A stretch of DNA of 60,897 bases, filler included, from Dehalococcoidia bacterium (GCA_040882355.1; 4 parts of 4 records of this genome joined end to end with filler, not necessarily neighbours in it); one strand, 5' to 3'; shown: positions 30,089 through 39,726, counted from the first letter of the whole stretch. The notes: a model not told the origin generated them from the sequence alone. Translations and numbers: made by a program.

Positions 30089-31294
30089 ATGCCCCACGAT
30101 CCCGCCCCCGGTTCGCGCGTCATCTCCGGCGAGGCCTGGGACGACCTGCTCGCGACGCTGAGCCGCGCGCGGTGCCTCGTGCTGGGTGAGGACGTGCCGG
30201 ACGCGCCTCGTGACCGGGCGGAGGGCGCGCGCTACCTGCTGCGGCTGCTCGCGTCGGGCATCGTCACGTGTGTGGAGCACGCGAACCCCGACTACCCGGA
30301 GTTCGGCCGGATGGTCGACCACACGATGAAGTGGGGCCTCGACTGCCCTGACTGCCTCTACCTCTATGCAACCGTGCGCGGCGACGCGACGTATCGCGTT
30401 TGGGGCAACCGCGGCAGCGCGAACCACATCGATATCCAGGTGAACTACGGCCACTTCGCCAGCGGCAGCATCGCTGAGTGGGGCACGATCTCGTCGATGA
30501 ACGGCCTGGAGCTGCAAACGGAGGCGGACGGCTCGTTCGAGCTGACGCTGAGCGCCGACGAGCGCCCCGGCAACTGGCTGCGCCTCGCGCCGAACGCGGA
30601 GTTCGTCCTCGCGCGCCAGTACTTCAACGACTGGGAGCGCGAACGCCCGGCCGACCTCTTCATCGAACGCCTCGGTGCGACGTATCCGGCGCCGCCGCCG
30701 CGCCCGGAGCAGATCGAGGCGCGGCTGGCGCGCCTCGGCGACTGGGTCGAGAAGAGTGGCGCGCTCTGGGAGCGGATGAGCAAGGCGGCCCTGGGCATGC
30801 CGCCGAACAGCATGCTCGTGCACCTGCCGCAGGACAGCGACCAGCGGGCGGGCATGCGCGGCCAGGCGTACGGGCTGGGCAACTTCCGCTGCGCCCCGGA
30901 CGAGGCCGTGATCGTCGAGTTCACGCCGCCAGCCTGCCGCCACTGGTGCCTGGGCCTGGCGAACTGGTACTGGGAGAGCCTCGACTTCACCACGCGCCAG
31001 ACGTCGCTCAACGGCGCGCAGGCCACGCTCGACTCCGACGGGGCCGTGCGGGCGGTCATCGCCCACGAAGATCCCGGCGTGCCGAACTGGCTCGACACCG
31101 CCGGCCTCGAGCGGGGCACCTTCACCGCCCGCTTCCTGCTGGCCGAGGCCTCGCCCGAAGTCAGCTTCCGTGTCGTGAAGCTGGCCCAGCTTCGCGAAGA
31201 GCTGCCCCCAGATACGCCGGTCGTCTCGCCGGAAGCCCGGGCCGCCAGCCTCGAGCGGCGTCGCCACGCCGTCCTGCGCCGCTATCGTCGCTAG
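30089..31294 (+). CDS. DUF1214-domain protein
   Basis: KWGLDCPDCLYL, YRVWGNRG, RQYFNDW, WESLD, DPGVPNWLDT motifs. Confidence 0.8.
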   Translation: MPHDPAPGSRVISGEAWDDLLATLSRARCLVLGEDVPDAPRDRAEGARYLLRLLASGIVTCVEHANPDYPEFGRMVDHTMKWGLDCPDCLYLYATVRGDATYRVWGNRGSANHIDIQVNYGHFASGSIAEWGTISSMNGLELQTEADGSFELTLSADERPGNWLRLAPNAEFVLARQYFNDWERERPADLFIERLGATYPAPPPRPEQIEARLARLGDWVEKSGALWERMSKAALGMPPNSMLVHLPQDSDQRAGMRGQAYGLGNFRCAPDEAVIVEFTPPACRHWCLGLANWYWESLDFTTRQTSLNGAQATLDSDGAVRAVIAHEDPGVPNWLDTAGLERGTFTARFLLAEASPEVSFRVVKLAQLREELPPDTPVVSPEARAASLERRRHAVLRRYRR

Positions 31295-31375
31295 CTTCGG
31301 GCGTAACATCTCCTCCCCGGCAGCGGATAGAACCTGCGAAAGCTGAATTCTAGAGTCGACGAGGAGGTCACCCAA

Positions 31376-32044
31376 ATGCGAACCTGGATTATCATCGGCG
31401 TGCTGGCGGCAGCGCTCGGCGGCTTCGCGGCCATCGGTGCTCTCGCCGGCCCCAACCTCACCAGCGACGACGGGCCGGACGCCACGGTTGAAGACGACTC
31501 GCTCTCGCCCCCGAACGACATAGACGACTCCCTCTCGCCGCCGAACGATATCGATGACGGCGAAGACGACGACGGCCACCTTTCGCCGCCCGGCGATATC
31601 GATGACGACGACGGCGACGACGGCGAGGGCGACGACGACCGGCGCGGCGTCCCGGACGACAGCCCCGCCTGCGCCAACCACGAGGACACCGACGGTGACG
31701 GCGACGGCTGCGGCGACGTGACGAACTGTGGCGGTCAGGACCTGCACCTGCCCCAGCCCGCGGTGGACAACATGAACCGCCACTGCGACGATGACGAGGG
31801 CGACGACGACGACGACAACAGCGGCCCGGGCAACGCCCACGACGACGATGACAACGACAACAGCGGCCCGGGCAACGCCCACGATGTAGACGACGAGAAC
31901 AGCGGGCCCGGCAACGCGCACGATGACGACGATGACGACGACAGCGGCCCCGGCAACTCGCACGATGACGACGATGACGAGGAAGACAACAGCGGCCGCG
32001 GCGGCTCCCACAACAACGACGACGATGACGAGGACGACGACTAG
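31376..32044 (+). CDS. Secreted Asp-rich low-complexity repeat protein
   Basis: RBS gaggagg; signal peptide; DxLSPP.DI x3; NSGPGN(A/S)HD-Asp tract x4; followed by a hairpin. Confidence 0.78.
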   Translation: MRTWIIIGVLAAALGGFAAIGALAGPNLTSDDGPDATVEDDSLSPPNDIDDSLSPPNDIDDGEDDDGHLSPPGDIDDDDGDDGEGDDDRRGVPDDSPACANHEDTDGDGDGCGDVTNCGGQDLHLPQPAVDNMNRHCDDDEGDDDDDNSGPGNAHDDDDNDNSGPGNAHDVDDENSGPGNAHDDDDDDDSGPGNSHDDDDDEEDNSGRGGSHNNDDDDEDDD

Positions 32045-32065
32045 ACCGCGAAAGCGTCGATAGTG

Positions 32066-32102
32066 AAGAGGCCCCCGAAACCATCGGGGGCCTCTTGCCA
32101 TT
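32066..32102 (+). terminator. Intrinsic terminator-like hairpin
   Basis: aagaggcccccga-aacca-tcgggggcctctt perfect stem after the stop codon; U-tract weak. Confidence 0.6.
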
Positions 32103-32193
32103 CGGAATCGCCGGACGCGATCCGCTCGCTCCACTTTCCATCGTCGAATACACTGGGCGCGATCGATGGTCATAGAATGTGTTTCGCCGAAGC

Positions 32194-33582
32194 ATGATGT
32201 CCGGCGTTGAGCGGGACGCGTCTTTCGTCGGTGCGGGAGCGCGCGTTGCACCACGGTGGACGCTTCCCTGGCGAGGCGGCGTGCCCTGGACGCCCGTCGC
32301 CGTCGCGGCCCTCTTCCTCCTTGGCCTCTCGCTCAGGCTCTTCTGGGTCTTCTACGCTGAGTCGTTTCCGATCGGCGGAGACCAACGCTGGTATTACGTG
32401 GTAGCCATCAACCTCGAGTCCGGCTACGGATACGTCTCCAACAGCAACCCATCCGTCATCTTCGGAGAGCTCGTCGGTCACGGCGATCCGACGGCCTTCT
32501 GGCCGCCGGGCTATCCTATCGTGCTAGCGGGGTTCTGGAAGGTCTTCCCAATGACCCTCGATTCCGCCAAGGTCTTTCACGCCGTTCTCGGCGCGCTCAC
32601 CATCCCGCTGGTCTACGGGATCGGACAGACGCTCTTCGATCGCAGGACGGGGCTCGTCGCGGCGGGGCTCTTAGCCGTCTTCCCCAACGCCATCATCTGG
32701 ACACCACTTGTCATCTCGGAGCATCTCTTCACGTTTCTGTTCGTCGCTGCGCTCTGGCTGTTGGTCGCCACGGGTGACCGACCCAGTGTTCGCTGGCCGG
32801 CGCTGGTCGCCATTGGGTTTCTGACGGGAGTGGCGCTGCTGACCCGGGGACAGGGGGCTGTTCTGGTTCCCGTCCTGTTCGTGTACTGGCTGCTGCGCTT
32901 CGGGTTGCGCCCTGCTCTGCGCTCGACGGCGTTGACGCTTCTCGTGGCCGCCGCAGTCATCGCCCCATGGACCGCGCGAAATTGGGTGGAGCTGCACGCG
33001 TTCGTTCCCATCTCCACGAACACGGCCACCGTCCTCCGGCAGGGCCACTCACCCGACTCGACGGGCACTCACGTCTGGCCGGACGAGGTTGTCGACGGCT
33101 TCCGGCCGTGGGAGTCGCTGTATGACCCGGAGTGGGAGGTGACGGCCTATCGAGAGTACACAAAGCGGGCGATCAGCTACGCCTTCACTCACCCCGGCCG
33201 CGAGTTTCAGCTCAGCAGGTGGAAGGTCTATCATCTGTACCGGTCGGACTCCGAGATGATGCCCTGGCTCACGACCCTGGGTTCGACACCGCTGAAACCG
33301 GAGGGGCTAGAGGACGTTCTGGTGCGGGTGCTGGACTACGGCTACTACGCGCTGCTGTTCGCAGCCGCCGCATCCGCGCTTGCCTCCTTCCGGCTCGACG
33401 CGAACCGGTCCCTGTTGCTCAGCGTGTTCTTCTTCTGGACGGCCCTTCACGTCGTCTTCACCGGCGAGCCGCGCTATCACCTGCCGCTGATCCCGATCTT
33501 CTGCCTTGCGGTCGCGGCGGGCGCGTGGCTGGCGCCGGCGCGCATCGCGCCTGAGATGCGCCGGCGTTCTGGCGGGGCGTGA
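32194..33582 (+). CDS. Glycosyltransferase family 39 (ArnT/PMT-like) membrane protein
   Basis: GDQ..Y, TAFWPPGYP, SE.LFTFL, PWTARN, EPRY.LP motifs; many TM helices; start uncertain. Confidence 0.82.
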   Translation: MMSGVERDASFVGAGARVAPRWTLPWRGGVPWTPVAVAALFLLGLSLRLFWVFYAESFPIGGDQRWYYVVAINLESGYGYVSNSNPSVIFGELVGHGDPTAFWPPGYPIVLAGFWKVFPMTLDSAKVFHAVLGALTIPLVYGIGQTLFDRRTGLVAAGLLAVFPNAIIWTPLVISEHLFTFLFVAALWLLVATGDRPSVRWPALVAIGFLTGVALLTRGQGAVLVPVLFVYWLLRFGLRPALRSTALTLLVAAAVIAPWTARNWVELHAFVPISTNTATVLRQGHSPDSTGTHVWPDEVVDGFRPWESLYDPEWEVTAYREYTKRAISYAFTHPGREFQLSRWKVYHLYRSDSEMMPWLTTLGSTPLKPEGLEDVLVRVLDYGYYALLFAAAASALASFRLDANRSLLLSVFFFWTALHVVFTGEPRYHLPLIPIFCLAVAAGAWLAPARIAPEMRRRSGGA

Positions 33583-33745
33583 CGGGCTTGTGTGGTGTAC
33601 GGAGCCACGGGGCGGGACGCGCGTTTCGTTTCAGTTCGTTTTGTAAGAACGCCCCCCTGATGGACATAACGTGAATGGATCTCCGCAACCGAGTCTGACG
33701 AACGCCCTATCTGGGCGCCCTTGCCACGATGGATTGTCGAGGAGA

Positions 33746-33875
33746 GGATACGGGCGCGGGCGCAGAGCGCGAAGGAGCGCGCGGCACCCGGGACGCGCGA
33801 CGCGTGAAGCGAGAGGCAGGACGCGGGTGCGCCCTACTCAGGAATGGGCTGCAGGTTCTCCGCCACGACCTGGAT
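33746..33875. repeat. Direct repeat copy A (3' end plus downstream noncoding segment of lipoprotein cassette)
   Basis: Near-identical to 34546-34674. Confidence 0.85.
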
Positions 33876-34463
33876 CAGCAGGTCCTTGTCGATCAAGGGG
33901 TTGGGGTCGGTGCCGGGCACACCGGTAGCACCGGAGTTAGCTTGGACGATTACCACAGTGTCTCCTGCGTCAACGAAGAGCCAGAGCTTGTTGACCGGCC
34001 TGGGTGGCAATGGCACCGTGACCAGGTTGGCGGGCCAGCCGGCAAGTTGCAGTTCCTCCACAGAGACCCCGGCGACCGCGCGTGTTCGGTCCAACATGAT
34101 CTGCGGGCCCTTGCCTGCCTTCGAGTACATCTCAACTCCAGTACGCGCACTACCTTTCGCAGTTCGGGCGAAGTAGTCCAAGCTCAGACCGGGGTACCGG
34201 CTGTCCGCTGCGTCAGTCAAGTCGGCGGTCGGGTGGACGATGAAGCGCAAGCCACCTGCCTCAAACTCCTCTCCGAGCCAGTAGGGTTCGATGCCGGCCT
34301 CTCGCGCTTCGGCAACGGGGGTAAGGAATGACTCGCTCTCAAGAGCGCTGGCTGGCGGCTCAGGCGTCTTGTCGGTGCCGAGCGCGCCGTTGCAGGCCAT
34401 GGCGCAGGCCACGGCAAGGGCGCACGCCGTCTGGAGAACGCGGGCGGTGGTCTTCGACGTCAT
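33834..34463 (-). CDS. Putative lipoprotein, paralog A
   Basis: AMAC lipobox-like; NGALGTDKTPEPP.SALESE.FLTPVA.ARE.G..PYWLGE; ends QVVAENLQPIPE; RBS gaggga. Confidence 0.75.
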   Translation of the reverse strand: MTSKTTARVLQTACALAVACAMACNGALGTDKTPEPPASALESESFLTPVAEAREAGIEPYWLGEEFEAGGLRFIVHPTADLTDAADSRYPGLSLDYFARTAKGSARTGVEMYSKAGKGPQIMLDRTRAVAGVSVEELQLAGWPANLVTVPLPPRPVNKLWLFVDAGDTVVIVQANSGATGVPGTDPNPLIDKDLLIQVVAENLQPIPE

Positions 34464-34478
34464 GGTACGTCCCTCTCT

Positions 34479-34532
34479 ATGTTCGGCAGGGCTACCTGGC
34501 GCGCCATGTTCGGCAGGGCTACCTGGCGCGCC
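34479..34532. repeat. Perfect 27-bp tandem duplication
   Basis: atgttcggcagggctacctggcgcgcc x2, just upstream of paralog A. Confidence 0.9.
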
Positions 34533-34545
34533 ATCGGAGGTTAGG

Positions 34546-34674
34546 GATACGGGCGCGGGCGCAGAGCGCGAAGGGCCGGGCGGCACCCGGGACGCGCGAC
34601 GCGTGAAGCGAGAGGCAGGACGCCAGCGCGCCCTACTCTGGAATGGGCTGCAGGTTCTCCGCGACCACTTGAAT
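34546..34674. repeat. Direct repeat copy B
   Basis: Near-identical to 33746-33875. Confidence 0.85.
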
Positions 34675-35337
34675 GAACAAGTCCTCGTCAGTGAGGGGGT
34701 TCAGGTTCCTTATGTCCCCCGGTGGACCGCCAAGTACGCCGGTCGTTCGAACCACCACGTCGGCGCCTTCGGCATGCACTAACAGCAGCAGGTTCTCGGC
34801 GGGCTGGTCGCCGCCGGGAGATACGGCGATCTCGGCGTCGAAATCGCCGACCCGGACCGCCCCTGGTGACGCCCCGGTTTGGGAGGAGAACCGTTCCAGC
34901 CTGCTTCTTGCATCGGGAGCAACCTGGGGGTATGTTTCCACGAACAGTTCCCCTTGGGCGGTAGGAGAGCGGCCAGCATACTCCAAATGCAGGCTCGGCG
35001 ACGCGTCCTCGTACAGGCTCGCGACGCCGCTGGCGCCAAACGTGACGCCGCCGGCGTTGAAGCGCTCCCCCAGCCAGTATGGCGCCACGCCCCCTTCTCG
35101 CGCTTGAGCGACTGGCGTGAGGAACGCCTCGCTCTCAAGAGCGCTGCCTGGCGGCTCAGGCGTCTTGTCGGTGCCGAGCGCGCCGTTGCAGGCCATGGCG
35201 GCAAATGCCAGAGCTGCGAGTGCCGGGCCAATTCGTTTGATCGCCGTCTTGACACTAGCCGGGACTTCGGCGATAGTATGTCTGCTCCAAGCGGAGCGCG
35301 GCGTCGGTCCTCTGGTAGTGATAAGGCGGGGTGTCAT
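34633..35337 (-). CDS. Putative lipoprotein, paralog B (start uncertain)
   Basis: Same conserved N- and C-terminal blocks as paralog A; no canonical start directly before the signal-like segment. Confidence 0.7.
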   Translation of the reverse strand: MTPRLITTRGPTPRSAWSRHTIAEVPASVKTAIKRIGPALAALAFAAMACNGALGTDKTPEPPGSALESEAFLTPVAQAREGGVAPYWLGERFNAGGVTFGASGVASLYEDASPSLHLEYAGRSPTAQGELFVETYPQVAPDARSRLERFSSQTGASPGAVRVGDFDAEIAVSPGGDQPAENLLLLVHAEGADVVVRTTGVLGGPPGDIRNLNPLTDEDLFIQVVAENLQPIPE

Positions 35338-35382
35338 GGCCCACGGCGTTCCTCACAACTCGAGCGAGTTGCCCTTCTACTC

Positions 35383-36051
35383 ATGCTCGGCACGCTCTTG
35401 TTCATCCTGAACGGCCAGGCGCGCGGGGGTCAGGCCAATCCACCGGCCGACATCAGTCGCGTGAGTGCGGGCGGATTTCACACATGCGTGCTGAATGGGG
35501 TCAGCACGCATGTTCAGTGCTGGGGCCGTAACGAGTTCGGCCAGCTTGGCGATGGGACAGGGCAACAGCGCGATCGGCCCGTTAACGTGCCTGGTGTTGA
35601 GGGCGGCGCCGTCAAGTGCTGGGGCTGGAACGCCGGCGGTCAGCTCGGCGACGGGACGACCATCGACCGCGGCACGCCGGTGGGCCTCGATACGGACCGC
35701 GACGGCTGTTCGGACGACCAGGAGCTAGGAACAGACCAGAGTAAGGGCGGACGGCGAAGCCCGAAGTCGTTCTGGGACTTTATGGATCAGTACACCGGGT
35801 CGCCGATGGCAAGAGACCGCGTTGTGTCGATCGGTGACATCGGTGCCGTCGTCGCCCGGAACGGGACAAGCGGCGACCCAAACGGAGACCCGCTCATCGT
35901 GCCCACGAGTACCAACGGTTACCATACGATAGCCGACCGAAATGGTGGAATTCCCGGTGGCGACCCCTGGGATCTACAGCCGCCAGACGGCATCATTTCC
36001 GTGGGCGACATTGGTGCCGTCGTTGCTCAGAACGGGCATAGCTGCGCCTGA
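35383..36051 (+). CDS. Secreted protein with ~2 RCC1-like repeats and a variant dockerin-like ('flexitail'-type) tail
   Basis: SAGGFHTC..VQCWGRNEFGQLGDG, VKCWGWNAGGQLGDG; DTDRDGC..GGRRSP..WDFMD..QNGHSC; start uncertain. Confidence 0.72.
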   Translation: MLGTLLFILNGQARGGQANPPADISRVSAGGFHTCVLNGVSTHVQCWGRNEFGQLGDGTGQQRDRPVNVPGVEGGAVKCWGWNAGGQLGDGTTIDRGTPVGLDTDRDGCSDDQELGTDQSKGGRRSPKSFWDFMDQYTGSPMARDRVVSIGDIGAVVARNGTSGDPNGDPLIVPTSTNGYHTIADRNGGIPGGDPWDLQPPDGIISVGDIGAVVAQNGHSCA

Positions 36052-36209
36052 CCCTGGCGACCGCGCCCGCAGCGCCCTGACGCCTTGTGCTGGCGAGAGC
36101 GCGCCGTGCTCGCCGGAGACCCGCGCGCCGCTTCGACGACCGCAAGGCGAACGCGCTCGAATCAGCCGTCCGCGCGGTGTTATACTGATCGGGCTGGCGG
36201 CACGCGAGC

Positions 36210-36285
36210 GCCCCCATCGTCTAGGGGACTAGGACGCCGCCCTTTCAAGGCGGAAACCGGAGTTCGAATCTCCGTGGGGGCACCA
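36210..36285 (+). tRNA. tRNA-Glu (anticodon TTC)
   Basis: Acceptor GCCCCCA/TGGGGGC plus ACCA; anticodon arm ccgcc-CT TTC AA-ggcgg; T loop GTTCGAATC; extended -10 TGtTATACT at 36178-36186. Confidence 0.97.
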
Positions 36286-36378
36286 GCGCGGCTTCTAATA
36301 CCACCCGCATTACAAAGTGGTGTGCTAACATAACAGCGTTTATCGAGGGGAGCGTATCTGATAGCGAAAGGAGAGGCG

Positions 36379-37017
36379 GTGGGACCGAGCGACGGCCCCA
36401 GGAGCGAGGCGCCCCGTCCGCCCTTCGCCAGCCAGCAGACAGAGCGCGTCCAGCCGGACGACGCCTCGCTCATGGCGCGTATCTGCTCGGGCGACGCCGA
36501 GGCGTTCGAGGCGATCTTCGACCGCTACGGAGACATCGTCTACTCCGTCTCCATACGTATCCTTAGAGATGAGGCTGCTGCGGAGGACGTGGTGCAGGAC
36601 GTGTTCGTGAGGCTGTGGCGCCGCCCGGAGCGGTTCGACGCGCAGCGCGGGCAGTTCGTCTCGTGGCTCGTGAGCGTGGCTCGCCATCGCGCCATCGACG
36701 AGCACCGCAGCCTGCAACGACGGCAGCGCTACGAGAACGCGGCCGGCATCAACGGCGAGGCCGCCCCGCCCAGCACCACCGGCATCGACCCGATCCTCGC
36801 AGCCCTGCTCTCCGAAGACAGAGCTGAGGTGCGCCGGGCTCTCGCCGGGCTGCCGGACGAGCAGCGCCGCACAATCGAGCTTGCCTACTTCGGCGGGCTG
36901 ACCCAGCGTGAGATCGCCGAGGCGCTGAAGCAGCCGCTGGGTACCGTCAAGACTCGGATCAGGCTGGGCATGAACAAGCTTCGTCTGGCCCTCACCAACG
37001 GTGGCTTCCGTGAGTAA
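36379..37017 (+). CDS. ECF sigma factor (SigK-like)
   Basis: AEDVVQDVF, WL..VARHRAID, LAYFGGLTQREIA...PLGTVKTRIRLG. Confidence 0.93.
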   Translation: MGPSDGPRSEAPRPPFASQQTERVQPDDASLMARICSGDAEAFEAIFDRYGDIVYSVSIRILRDEAAAEDVVQDVFVRLWRRPERFDAQRGQFVSWLVSVARHRAIDEHRSLQRRQRYENAAGINGEAAPPSTTGIDPILAALLSEDRAEVRRALAGLPDEQRRTIELAYFGGLTQREIAEALKQPLGTVKTRIRLGMNKLRLALTNGGFRE

Positions 37018-37879
37018 CGACCTGGACTGCGCCCGCGCCCGCGAAGAGCTGGGCGCGTACGTCCTGGATGCCCTCGACCAGGCAGAGACGCGGCTCGTCG
37101 AGCAGCACCTCTGGACGTGCGACGCATGTCGCGACGAGCTCGGCGCGCTCGAAGAGGCGGCGGGCGCCATCGCGCTGACGACGCCGCTCAAGCGCGCGCC
37201 GGTCGAGTTGCGCTCGCGCGTGTTGCAGGCAATCGAAGCGCCCGGCGCGCCGGGCTCGCCCGTTACGAGCGGACCGCCGCCCGCGCTCGAGCCGCGCCGC
37301 GGCTGGCGCTGGGTCGGGTTCGCCGGAGCGGCCGCGGCCGCGCTGCTGTTCGCGGCGACCCTCGGCTGGGCGATCTCTTTGCAGATGCAGGTCGGCGACC
37401 TGCAGGACGAGCAAGACCTGATCGTCGCGCAGCATGACTCCGCCCAAGAGCAGATCGCGAGCCTCGCCGACGCCAGCGCGGAGCTGGAGGCGCACGAGGC
37501 CGCGCTCTACCTGCTCTCTGACCAGACGGCTCGCTACGCGCCCCTTCAAGGTCAGGGCGCGGCTTCGGGAGCCGACGCGCTCTACGTCTGGAGCCCGGGC
37601 GAGCGGCTGGGCATCTTCCTGTCGCAGGACCTCGACAAGCCGCCCGACGGCATGACGTACCACCTCTGGCTGCAGATGGAGAACGGGAGCATCGATGGCG
37701 GGACGTTCTGGCCGGACGCCGACGGCACGGCGGAGGTCATCGTCAAGGGCAGCGATGCGACGCCGGCGGCGGGCCAGAGTCGCGGTCCGCTGCAGGCCGT
37801 TGTCGTCACGCTCGAACCGACCTCCGGCGCCGGCGAAGAGCCCGACGTCGTCATGTCGGGTGCGCCCACCGCCGAGTAG
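37010..37879 (+). CDS. Anti-sigma factor (RskA-like, zinc-binding HxxxCxxC)
   Basis: YVLDAL, HLWTCDAC, one TM helix, YHLW, VTLEP; overlaps the sigma gene stop. Confidence 0.9.
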   Translation: MSNDLDCARAREELGAYVLDALDQAETRLVEQHLWTCDACRDELGALEEAAGAIALTTPLKRAPVELRSRVLQAIEAPGAPGSPVTSGPPPALEPRRGWRWVGFAGAAAAALLFAATLGWAISLQMQVGDLQDEQDLIVAQHDSAQEQIASLADASAELEAHEAALYLLSDQTARYAPLQGQGAASGADALYVWSPGERLGIFLSQDLDKPPDGMTYHLWLQMENGSIDGGTFWPDADGTAEVIVKGSDATPAAGQSRGPLQAVVVTLEPTSGAGEEPDVVMSGAPTAE

Positions 37880-37881
37880 CC

Positions 37882-38637
37882 TCAGACGAAGTCGCGCTGC
37901 TCCACGTAACCTCGCGCGGCGATCGGCCACGTCTCCAGCACCTCGTCACCCGACACGGCGAACATCACGTCGTGCAGGTTGATCGTCGGGTCGATGTGCG
38001 ACGGCCACAGCTCGATGCGATCGCCGGGCGCGATCGTGCTCTCCGCCGGCAGCGTGATCGAGGCGTGTTCGTCGCTGAGGAAGAGCACGGTCGCGCCTTC
38101 GACGCCCTTCACCGACGGGTTGCCGTGGTCCTGCGTGCACGCCTTGTGGCCCGCGTCCGTCACGCACAGCTCCGGGCGCGGGCGGCTGAGCACGGTGCCG
38201 AGCACGCTGAAGGCGAGCTCGAACGGGATGTCGAGCTGGGCGTAGTCGGTGTCCATCAGCACGTAGGAGCCGGCCTGCACTTCGGTGACGCCTTCCATCC
38301 GTCCCGTGATGTCGAAGGTGCCGGTGCCGCCCGCGCTGACGATCTCGCACGGCAGGCCGGCCTCGCGCGCGAGGCGCACCGACGAGAGCAGGCGGTCCAT
38401 CGCCTTCGCGGCGCGCGCCTCGCGTTCGTCGCGGTCCTTCAGCCCGACCACGTGGCCCTCGTAGCCCATCATCCCGCGCAGCCGCACGCCCTCCGTCTCG
38501 TTCACGCGGCGGGCCAGCGCGAGCGCGGGTTCGCCGGGCGCGATGCCGCAGCGAGGCAGGCCGACGTTCACGTCGACCAGCACGCCGACCTCCGCGCCGG
38601 CCGCGGCCGCAGCGCGGGCGATGTCGTCGAGGCCGGC
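37882..38637 (-). CDS. DSD1/D-threonine aldolase family PLP enzyme (5' truncated at scaffold join)
   Basis: RCGI, GYEGH, SAGGTGT, EVQAGSYVLMD, SDEH, PSHIDPTINLHD. Confidence 0.88.
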   Translation of the reverse strand, partial: AGLDDIARAAAAAGAEVGVLVDVNVGLPRCGIAPGEPALALARRVNETEGVRLRGMMGYEGHVVGLKDRDEREARAAKAMDRLLSSVRLAREAGLPCEIVSAGGTGTFDITGRMEGVTEVQAGSYVLMDTDYAQLDIPFELAFSVLGTVLSRPRPELCVTDAGHKACTQDHGNPSVKGVEGATVLFLSDEHASITLPAESTIAPGDRIELWPSHIDPTINLHDVMFAVSGDEVLETWPIAARGYVEQRDFV

Positions 38638-38737
38638 NNNNNNNNNNNNNNNNNNNNNNNNNNNNNNNNNNNNNNNNNNNNTTAATTAATTAANNNNNNN
38701 NNNNNNNNNNNNNNNNNNNNNNNNNNNNNNNNNNNNN
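38638..38737. other. Artificial scaffold-joining spacer
   Basis: N run, TTAATTAATTAA, N run. Confidence 0.95.
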
Positions 38738-39649
38738 CATCGGCCGGATGGGCCGGGCCCGCGTTTGCCACAGCAGCCGCACGGCCGCGACCACGCCAGC
38801 GAGCAGCGGGCCGCTGTGCGTCGCCATCTCGAACTTGCGCATCGAGGCCGCGACCGGCGTGAAGTTCCCTTCGAAGTCGTAGAACTCGGACGCGCCGTGC
38901 GCCACGGCGGTCGGTTGCAGGCGCTCGATCAGGTCCGGCCTGATGTAGAGCGCGCCAATGCCGTCGGGGCCGAGCACGTACTTGTGCGCGGGGAAGGCGT
39001 AGCAGTCTACGCCGAGCGCCGGGATGTCCAGCGCGATCTGTCCGACCGACTGCGCGCCGTCCAGCAGCACGAGCGCGCCCGCGTTGCGCGCGGCCCGCAC
39101 GATGCGCTCGACCGGCAGGCGCGCGCCCCGGTTGTACGAGACGTGGCTGACGACGACGACCTTCGTGCGCGGCGTGATCGCCTGTTCGAAGAGCCGGGCC
39201 AGCTCCTCCGCCGTCTCGCTCGCCGAGGAGCGCGCGATCTTGACCGCGACGCCCGTCTGGCGGCGCAGCTCGTAGCAGGGCACCATCACGGACGAGTGCT
39301 CCAGGTTGCAGGTCAAGACCTCATCGCCGGGGCCGAGGCCGAGCCCGCGCAGGACGACGTTCACGCCTTCGGTCGTGGAACCGAGCAGCGCTACGTCATC
39401 CGGCCCGGCGCCGATCAGCGATGCGAGCGCGGCCCGCGCCTCGCGGACGAGCAGCGCCTTCTCGTGGCGCACCTCCAGCGTCGTTGGCCCGTCGAACGCC
39501 TCCCGCTCGATGCGCCGCTGGACGGCCTCGACGACTTCGCGCGCAGACGGGCCGGACCAGCCGGTGTTCATGTAGATCAGGCGCTCGGTCACGGGGAAGC
39601 GGGCCCGCAGCGCGGGCCAGTCGAGGGGTGCGGCGTCGTTCAGGGTCAC
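38738..39649 (-). CDS. Class V PLP aminotransferase (cysteine desulfurase/isopenicillin N epimerase-like), 3' truncated
   Basis: YMNTG, STTEG, EHSS, SHV, DGAQSVG, AHKYVLGP.G.G. Confidence 0.88.
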
Positions 39650-39726
39650 GGGGCGATGATGCCAGAGGCAGGCGGCGAGAGCAATGCGAGGTGCCCTCAG
39701 CGCCGGTGCGCCGTATCATGTGCGGC

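Noticed and set aside
31345..31360. gaattctagagtcgac (EcoRI/XbaI/SalI sites) as vector contamination
   Set aside because: Only a short match, lying naturally just before an RBS, with no other vector sequence
29957..32254. 765-aa minus-strand ORF and many other long overlapping ORFs
   Set aside because: Antisense or off-frame shadows of real genes, expected at high GC; no motifs
33746..33833. Cassette 3' element as an integron attC site
   Set aside because: No RYYYAAC...GTTRRRY boundaries and no integron integrase
36210..36285. tRNA-Glu as an island or prophage integration site
   Set aside because: No integrase and no duplicated tRNA 3' end seen in the window
38738..38775. Odd C-terminus of the class V aminotransferase
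   Set aside because: At a contig edge and probably low quality; not interpretable as a real truncation
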